NCBI GenBank assembly: GCA_965153355.1
Contig: OZ231126.1
Location: 3,100,001-3,164,000 of the forward strand
DNA: 64,000 nt
Source: Flaccisagitta enflata
Taxonomy: Eukaryota
Direction of reading: 5' to 3'
The position numbers were made by a program, and so were the translations under genes. Shown here one piece after another: positions 56,373 to 64,000 of this stretch; within the stretch, counting starts at the first letter, position 1; every line of letters starts with the position of its first letter. The notes under the pieces are model-generated. The model was not told the DNA's origin and did no database searches. It saw only the letters and a list, made by a program, of their open reading frames with translations.

Positions 56373-57315
56373 ACCATAGCGACAATAAAATAGGCCGCCA
56401 TGTTCAATTTGCTGCTGTGAGTTTAATTTTTGGACTAGATTCATAATTTTTGAGATGGTGATAATATTTTGAGTTTCTGACTTGGCAAAATAATCAGAAT
56501 TTAAAAAAGTTCATTTTTGTGTCTGCAGCATTAATTTTTGTGAACAGTATTTTAATACAAATTGATCAATAACTTTTTACAACTATTTTTTTAAAACTTT
56601 AAGAAAGGACTTTTTTTTCATCATCACTTCTGAATTTTTCAAAGATGAAGAAAGTATTAATAATATTCGACTCAGCAAAAAAATCAGAACTCAAAAAAGT
56701 TAATTTTTGTGGTCACAGTAATGGTTATGAAACAAGGGGGTAAAATCAGTTTTTGATAAGATTTATTTACTAACTTCAATTTTTTACAGTGAGCTCATTT
56801 TTTCAACTAGTCTCACGATGTTTTAGGTGGAAATAGTTCATCCAATTTCCGACTCAATCAGAACTTAAAAAAGTTGATTTTTGCACTACTTTTTGTTGAT
56901 TTTACTGAAAATGTGCAAAATTATCTCTTAAACACCTCTCGTCCCACCTCTTTAATGAAATAATTTTTTGAAACAGGGGCAATTTTCTTCAAGTGTGTGA
57001 TAGTTTTACAATTTATTGACTTGCTGCAAAAATCAGAACTCGAAAAAGTTTATTTTTGTGCCTGTGGCATGAGTTTTTGTAAAACATTACAAAAACCAAG
57101 AAATGTAAAAAAATGTGATTTGGCAGGTCCATATTTGGATACCTTTCACAAAAATTGATGCCACGGGTACATTTGTAAACTTTTTTGAGCTCTGATTTTT
57201 TCTCTAAGTCAGAAATTTAGAGTTCTATTACCACCTAAAAAATTATGAAGCTAGTCAAAAAATTGAAGTCAGGGGAGGGGTTTGTATAGGCGGCCATTTT
57301 TATTGTCGCCATGGT
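56373..57315. mobile_element. Degenerate element with inverted ends and internal AATCAGAACTCAAAAAAGTT repeats
   Basis: CCATAGCGACAATAAAATAGGCCGCC versus GGCGGCCATTTTTATTGTCGCCATGG. Confidence 0.55.
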
Positions 57316-57603
57316 CGGGAAAAAAGTCGAAGTCAGTCTTCGACTTTTTGACATATTCCAGAGAAACAGGGTTTTCATTTTCTTATGAGAAAGTTGTGCA
57401 TCTCATCCGGCTGATTGGGGCCTCCAATGAAATTTATAAGGTAAGTAAATTTGATTATTCTCTTTCATTTGGCACCAAGCAGAATTCTCTACGACAAATA
57501 TTTTTCGCGCTATGATTTTTTAAAGATTTATTTATGAAAAATTCAAATGAAAATTTTTTTGATTTTTTACGATTTTGTGTAGGATCAATAAAAGAGTATA
57601 TTT

Positions 57604-57990
57604 ATGTTTGTTTGAGCATGCAAATACAAGAAAACATGATTATGAGCACAGCTGCTCATCTGTGAGGGTGTTTTTGAGCATTTTAGCTCATTTAGCTCAT
57701 TTAGCTCAGTCTGTTTTTCTGATTTAAAATGCGATAAGTGAATAAATGTTTTGATACATGTTTGAGCTTGCAAATATAAGAAAGCATGTCAGTGAGCAGA
57801 GTTACTCATCTGTGAGGGTGTTTCTGAGTATTCTAGCTCATTTTGCTCATTTAGCTCATTTTTTACTGATTTTTTACTGGATAAATATTTTGATAGGAGC
57901 ATGTATTCACAAGAAAGCATGTCAGTGAGCATAGCTGATTGTCTGGTTGAGTGATTTTGAGCATTTTAGCTCATCTAGCTCATTCAGTCC
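57604..57990. repeat. ~135-150-bp tandem repeat, 3 copies, with (TTTAGCTCA)n
   Basis: GAGCATGCAAATACAAGAAA...CTCATCTGTGAGGGTG... is repeated. Confidence 0.75.
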
Positions 57991-58106
57991 TATTTTTCTC
58001 TGATATTCAGTGCAATCAATACATACAATTGCTCTTGATTTAATCTAATAGAAAAAAAGATTTGCAATGACTAAAGACAAAAGCTTGGTGAAAAGTGACT
58101 AATGCT

Positions 58107-58145
58107 TACGACTTTTTTCCTCACGGCGACAGCCGCCATTACTGG
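58107..58145 (+). mobile_element. Helitron-like 3' terminus; copies at 50501-50539 (+) and 52738-52777 (-)
   Basis: TACGA(C/T)TTTTTTCC..ACGGCGA.AGCCGCCATTACTGG|T: a GC-rich short hairpin followed by CTRR and T. Confidence 0.55.
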
Positions 58146-58151
58146 TAATTA

Positions 58152-58711
58152 ACAGTGTGAGCAAAAAACTTTGTACTTCTCATCAAATCCAAAGAGAAGA
58201 CACCAAGAACTGAAGATATTCTCTCAAACTAATGTTCAAAATTAAAAATCAGGAAATTCTTAATACTTTAGATGAGAAAAAAGGAGGTATGGGAGACAGC
58301 AGAATACTTTTAAGACAAACAGAGACAAAAGTAGAAGGTTACAATGATTTTTTTTTTGATTAGTCCTTTATCTCTTGTCAAAATTTGATAAATGTATCAT
58401 TTTTGATTGACTGAAACCCCCTTCTAATTGACCTTACCAACTCCCTTTGATGCATTTCTCCTAAAACAGTCCATGTAGGGGCCAAAAAGTTGCCAAAACC
58501 TTTTTCTTTGAATAAACACAGCTCAGCAAATAATGTCATGTCAGAATCTGTTTGTTTTTCTTTGATACATGTCATGGCCATGTATGGAAACTGAATCAGC
58601 TGCTCTTGATTTCTACCTTTGATATGACCAACTAAGATACTCTGGTTTAAATTTTATCCCCTAAATCTCATCAAGCTAAAGACCTAGTACCAAATTTTTT
58701 GCTCACCCTGT
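58152..58711. mobile_element. Related TA-flanked MITE
   Basis: TA|ACAGTGTGAGCAAAAAACTTTGTACT ... AGTACCAAATTTTTTGCTCACCCTGT|TA. Confidence 0.8.
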
Positions 58712-60334
58712 TATGAAGTTATACTTACTCAAAGCCTATCTGCTTTCAGAAAAAAAAACATAGAGTTAATTTCATTTTTCTATCGACGTTATATCAATTA
58801 TTTTCGATTTTCGCTAATGTGTTAGTCAACCGCGGCACAAGATATGAAACCTGTTCGGAGGCGTCCCTCGATGAGGAAGGGCGTTTTTAGTCGCGTGCTA
58901 CGCGACTCTATAAGCCACTTTGTCGGTCGGTCCGTCGGTCGGTCCGTCGGTTGGTCGGTCGGTCGGTCCATCACAAAGTCGTTTTAAAGGCTTTTTATCA
59001 CGTTTTTGATGGCTCTAAATAGCAGAGAAGAAACTTGGAGGAGTAAAAAGTGTTTATAAAGTGCTTTTGAAAAAAAAACTTTTTGTCCGTCTGTCTGCCT
59101 GACATTTTTTGAAAGTGTTGACGCACGCGACTTAGGTCTAATGACCTTGTTCAGTATGCGTCAGCACCGAATTGAACCTCTTGACAATCGAGTACAAAGT
59201 CGAGTAACTCCTTTTTTTTAAAATTCAACCTTCAATGAAGTTTTTCTCTTCTTCACTCCAGACAGCTTAACTTTTTATGGAATTCAAAATACAGAGAGGT
59301 AAGGTTACATCATCTAATTGGATACTGAAAATTGCGTGTTGTCACTCTTAAGTCCCAAGAAGTATATTGGCAACATGTGGTTTGTATCTTAGTCGCTCAA
59401 AAACGGCTTGTTTATTTTTCTTATGGCTAAAGGAAAACCGGAGACATTCTGAGCTACGGACACATTGATTTCTTTATTGCAGGGTTCTGTTGGCGAAGTT
59501 ATCCATTTTTATTTTTCCTGTCTTCTTCATCAAGCCACAGCCTTCATTCTTCCACCATCATCAATCTAATCGATTGAAATGAAAAAGATATGCAACTCGT
59601 CATAGTGGAACCCCTTCTTCACTTCAATGGTAGGATGTCTATCATTTCTTTTGATTACTAAACATGTTTAGATGTTTCTGATTGGGCGTAATCTCTTAAA
59701 TCGCGGATGAGCAGCTCTGTCGGTTAGATGATTATCTAATTCTACGATCCATGTGTCCATCCCCAACACAAAATAAAGCTCCAGTTCCTTGAGATTCACT
59801 CTGAGAATGGCTAGTTAGTAGTGCTTTTGGGTAAATTTTGTTTCGTTTTGATTCACATAATGCTCAACTCAACCATGATAGTTAAAATGTTACCAATTTT
59901 TCCCACATCTATGTTTCATTGCGAGACATTTTAAGCTCCGAGAGAGGCAAAAAAGCTGTCAACTCGACAGATATTTACAGGGTGAAGTATCAAAGAGTAA
60001 ATCCAGTGAGAAGGTGGGCAGTTTTTGGACCAAAGGAATGATGTTGAATGAAGTAGTAAAAAATTAGTTCTTTTTTTGCCACCTGTGAAGAGTTACCAGC
60101 TCATCATCATTTAACAAGGCCGAGACAGTTAGAGTCGTTACCATGGCATGTGATGTCCCAAATTCATGACAATAAGCTCATTAGTCAATTTGGGGAAAGT
60201 TAAAGGACTTAAGACGGCAGCTATGATATTTCATTCCTATTTGAATAATCCTTTACCGACTAGATGTGGGGTATGTGTTAACAAAAAGTTACGCTCAGAC
60301 TTGTCACCAACGTCCATATACGCATATACGTATA

Positions 60335-60977
60335 CACGCTTTTGACTGAGTAACAACGAGGTTTTTTTTCTGAGGCTCAATGTTGTTATTTGAATGATGA
60401 TATGAGGCTCAAATTGTTGCTAAATTGTTATCATTTTTTCTATCACTATCTTTTATAGCAAGAATTGATTGCCTTGTCTATGACAGGTGGAACAATATCC
60501 CTCACTATGTAATACCATCGTTCTTTTTGCCACTTTCTGCGGAATACAACGACGAAAAAAAAAAAACATCTTTAGTCGCGTGCACGCGACTCTACAACCC
60601 GCTTTGTCCGTCGGTCGGTTGGTTGGTCGGTCACACTTTACTTTTTTTTATGATTTTTTTTTCTGACCACACTGCTCCCGCCTAAATGGTCTGGTGACTT
60701 CAAAAACGGCCCCTGCCCACCCGCACGCGACTTCGGTAGCCGTGTATCCGGCCTTGTTTATAGAACCGCCGCATGTGACAATTAAAAATAACGGAAATAA
60801 CAACAAATCTGAAAGAAAAAATATCATTGGTTGGACATGAGACAGAAACGTCTTTTCGTTTTCTGAGGCTGACAATGTTGCTAGTGCTGTTCTTATTTTT
60901 CTAGTGATGTTCTTATTTTTCTTCCAATTTGAGCCTCAACGTTGTTATAAAAAGGATGTTACTCAATCAAAAGCGTG
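60335..60977. mobile_element. TA-flanked MITE containing a family B insertion
   Basis: TA|CACGCTTTTGACTGAGTAACA ... TGTTACTCAATCAAAAGCGTG|TA. Confidence 0.8.
60570..60758 (+). mobile_element. Family B HINE/DINE-1-like element (representative copy)
   Basis: TTTAGTCGCGTGCACGCGACTCTAC 5' hairpin, (GGTC/GGTT)n microsatellite and GCCGTGTATCCGGCCTTGTT end, inserted in T-runs. More than 15 relatives, e.g. 137-262, 2866-3012, 18375-18522, 42417-42600, 43443-43637, 45603-45863, 47309-47485, 58885-59150. Confidence 0.75.
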
Positions 60978-61039
60978 TATGCATATGCAGTAGTAATAGT
61001 AAGTAATAGAAATAGTAATAGTAAGTATGCAGTAGTAAT

Positions 61040-61630
61040 AGTCGCAAAAGCGTTAGATGGTCAGCGGTACCCGTGCCCTGCCTAAGTAGGTTGTGCTTCA
61101 GGTTGAGGGGGAGCAGGGCAGCGGCCCCGAAGGGTTCCATGACCTATGCTTTCACACATATGGGGGATTTTCTCCTCCTCCGTCCCTCCCCCCTCAAATC
61201 CCAGTCTCGAGGCCCAAATCCCAGCCTCGAGGCTCAATCCCCAGTCTCAAGGCCCAAAACTCAGCCTCAAGGCCCAAATCCTAGCCTCAAGGCCCAAATC
61301 CTAGCCTGGAGGCCCAGATCCCAGCCTTGAGGCCCAAATCTCAGCCTCGAGGCTGGAATCTGGGCCTTTTTGCTGAGATTTGGACCTTGAGGCTGAGATT
61401 TGGGCCTCAAGGCTGGGATCCAGGCCTCCAGGGTAGGATTTGGCCCATGAGGCTAGAATTTGGGCCTTGAGGCTGAGTTTTGGGCCTCGAGACTGGGGTT
61501 TGAGCCTCGAGGCTGGGATTTGGGCCTCGAGACTAGGATTTGAGGGGGGGGGATGAAGGAGGAGAAAATCCCCCATATGTGTGAAAGCATAGGTCATCGA
61601 CCCCTTCGGGATTGGGGCCACTGCCCAAAA
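61040..61630 (+). mobile_element. Family A element, most intact copy
   Basis: GGGCAGCGGCCCCGAAGGG...GACCTATGCTTTCACACATATGGGGGATTTTCTCC and its reverse complement flank a palindromically arranged ~21-bp repeat array. Confidence 0.8.
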
Positions 61631-61721
61631 ATTAAATGAGCTTTTACATGAGTTTGGGTTCAGTTTAAGTATCAAGGTCTATGTAACATGCGGTTTTAAC
61701 CCTCTCTCTTGCTTTTCACAG

Positions 61722-61864
61722 GTCCTTCCAACATCGATTCCCTTCCATCTTCTTGCTTAATCAACTTGATGCAAGAATTGTTAAATTGGAACAGTAATGG
61801 AAAAGGATACCCATGGACATAGGACAAGATACATGTGATACAATTCATTTGTCCTGATTTCAAG
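61722..61864 (+). other. Candidate non-coding 5'UTR exon of the NACHT gene
   Basis: Strong acceptor ctctctcttgcttttcacag| and donor CAAG|gtaaga, with stops in all three frames. A downstream acceptor gatttttcag| at 62610 precedes the ATG. Confidence 0.5.
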
Positions 61865-62038
61865 GTAAGATGGTGACTTGAATTTTTTCCTGATACGCGA
61901 TGTCAAATGATAAATAGTGATAAAAAGAGACTTGATACAATATTCAGTTGTATGTTTACGTTCAGGTGGACATGGGCCACTATGCAAAGATATTCATGCA
62001 GTTGGGAAGCGGTCATGACGTAAAATACAGAACATGAC

Positions 62039-62113
62039 CAATTGGCCAGAGAAAAGTCATGATTGAGAGAAAGATGGTCCAATGAGCGGAAACAGTTGTT
62101 GAATAATTATAAA
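62039..62113 (+). promoter_or_regulatory. Possible proximal promoter of the NACHT gene
   Basis: CCAAT at 62039 and 62079, GCGGAA, and TATAAA at 62108-62113, about 600 nt upstream of the ATG. Confidence 0.3.
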
Positions 62114-62712
62114 TCCCAGCACCATTAGGATGACTGTTCAGACAAGAAAAGAGAATGAGCACTATTGAAGACAGGATTTTACGTTTCGCTTAAGCATCAG
62201 GCACATAAACAAGATACTCTCATACAGATGAGAATACGGTCATAATTGAGAACAAATGTGCGCAGCTTTCATTGACCACGGGAATGGGTGTGCTTGTATG
62301 ACAAGCGGATCAATATTCCTCACCATACCCAAACTGTATAAGATGGAAGGGGGCCTCCATGACTAGTTAATACGAGCACCACTTCTGGTTTTCCATAAAA
62401 CTGAATCTGAAAAACATTCAGTTTCCATCTAGCCCAAAAGCAAACTGCTTACCAAAAGTAGCAAATGAGTGTTACCTGTTTAACCAAAATTGTTATGTCA
62501 CACAGATTTGATAAAACATTTGAACACGGTGAATAAAAAACGATGTTTTTGTGACGACAAACCTGATGGCATATTTTTGCTAATGCTGAAGACCCTGATA
62601 GATTTTTCAGTCCACGGTTTGTGCTCTCGGGTCAGCATCAGTTTTGCTACTCGGTCTATGCGATTTTGTATCTAAGATTCCCTTTGCCCTGTAACGGTAA
62701 GCCATATTCGAG

Positions 62713-64000
62713 ATGGAGCCGACAGATCCTAACTCCGCGGTGTTGATGCTGCCAGCGGATCACTTTCCATTTGGAGAAGACTGCAAACTATCGCGCTTGT
62801 TCCAATCGGTCCTTTTCCATCATGATGTTCAACCCAAGGTTGTGGATATCTTGCAAGAGCAGGAAATCTTTTCACTTCAGGAGATACGTCTCGCCGACCC
62901 GGATGGCAATCAGGAGAGCCAGAATCTTTTTCAGGAGATTGCAAATCAAGTTTCTTCTCCCGTGCGTTGTCTCAGATTGAAGAAAGCCTTCCGTCGAATG
63001 CTCCGTCCGGATCCATTGGCGGCCATCAATGACTTGCCGTCTGTCGCTGGCCATACTTCCTCTGCTGTGAATGCTATTACCACGGGCGCCACTGCCATCG
63101 GTGATGCCACTTCCACTAATTTGGCATCTGAGAGGGTGGCAAACAACATGAATGTTACGGTCAAGGAGTCAACTGTTCAAGAGCAGATTAATGCAAGCAC
63201 AGTCATTAAAAATGTAAATGTGACAGATAGCACCAAGGAACTTGGGAAAGATGATTTGAATGAATTAGAAAAAGAATTTCGAGAATATCTGAAAGAAAAC
63301 ATTAAAAATCATCATGGAGAAATCTCCATTCCGGCTTCCAAACAACGAGCAAAGTTGAGTGAAGCTGTTCTTAATTTGAAAGTAAAACTAAAGAGAGAAG
63401 CCGAGGAACCGCATTTTGTCCAAGAGACGAATGTATCAAACGAATCAGAATTCGCTCAAAATTCTGATTCTGATTCTGATTCTGATTATTTCGATTATTT
63501 TCATTTATTTTCTGATTCTGATTCTGATTCTGAGTCAGAGATGCAAGGTGCAAATTCTGAATCGGTGCCAGATACTGAAACCGACATGCCATATCAACTA
63601 TCAGCATACACACCAGATGAGGACCTTGATGAAGAGAGTTCTGATGATTTTCAGGAGCCAGTTGAGTTCATTGAAATATGTTCCACCATTGAAAGTGGTA
63701 ATAGGCTTGTGATAATAACAGCTCCCGGAGGAAGAGGAAAAACCACAATTGCCAAGAAGATAATGTGGTGTTGGGGAAATGATACCTACTTTCAACTCCA
63801 AGGCTTTTCCATGGTCATTTGGATCGATGCAAAGTACATTGACAATGATAGCAACCTCTTTGAAAATTTTGTGAAGCAATACAACTTCATCGAGGGAAAA
63901 TTTTCACCATCTAAATGGAAGAATTTACCCGAAGTGATCCGACAAATTCAAGAGCGAATCGTTTGGATGGTGGATGGCCTCGATGAAAGCGCAAATCATT
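62713..64000 (+). CDS. NACHT-domain (NLR-like STAND NTPase) protein, 3'-truncated by the window edge
   Basis: Stop-free for 429 codons from ATG 62713, with an in-frame TAA upstream at 62698. Walker A LVIITAPGGRGKTTIAKKIMWCW (core 63721-63747), FSMVIWID strand, and NACHT-type Walker B IVWMVDGLDE (63958-63987). Confidence 0.92.
   Translation, partial: MEPTDPNSAVLMLPADHFPFGEDCKLSRLFQSVLFHHDVQPKVVDILQEQEIFSLQEIRLADPDGNQESQNLFQEIANQVSSPVRCLRLKKAFRRMLRPDPLAAINDLPSVAGHTSSAVNAITTGATAIGDATSTNLASERVANNMNVTVKESTVQEQINASTVIKNVNVTDSTKELGKDDLNELEKEFREYLKENIKNHHGEISIPASKQRAKLSEAVLNLKVKLKREAEEPHFVQETNVSNESEFAQNSDSDSDSDYFDYFHLFSDSDSDSESEMQGANSESVPDTETDMPYQLSAYTPDEDLDEESSDDFQEPVEFIEICSTIESGNRLVIITAPGGRGKTTIAKKIMWCWGNDTYFQLQGFSMVIWIDAKYIDNDSNLFENFVKQYNFIEGKFSPSKWKNLPEVIRQIQERIVWMVDGLDESANH

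Noticed and set aside
62729-63879. Short ORFs listed in the track over the right end, e.g. 63416-63712 with poly-IL
   Set aside because: They are alternative-frame or antisense shadows of the NACHT ORF.

Overview
Eukaryotic, AT-rich, repeat-dense window, probably from an invertebrate animal (taxon not determinable here). Most of it is microsatellite, minisatellite and nested non-autonomous DNA transposons: TA-flanked Tc1/mariner/pogo-type MITEs, 8-bp-TSD hAT-like elements, Helentron/HINE-like and Helitron-like elements, and a 1-kb foldback. Almost all ORFs in the supplied track are repeat artefacts. Two protein-coding loci are supported. (1) The last four exons (3117-7512, +) of a spliced cell-surface protein with a SEA-like domain, a Ser/Thr/Pro stalk and a GPI-signal-like C-terminus. 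(2) An uninterrupted ORF from 62713 that runs off the right edge and is therefore absent from the ORF track. It encodes an NLR-type NACHT NTPase (Walker A APGGRGKTT, Walker B IVWMVDGLDE) with an N-terminal CARD- or SAM-like helical domain, a RHIM-like/amyloid-like segment and a long acidic insert. Other notable items: a 3-kb TIR element with a perfect 8-bp TSD carrying exon-like cargo, a 1.76-mer tandem segment inserted with junction microhomology, and a tRNA-like Pol III relic inside a MITE. All domain and family assignments are by eye and need HMM or database confirmation.
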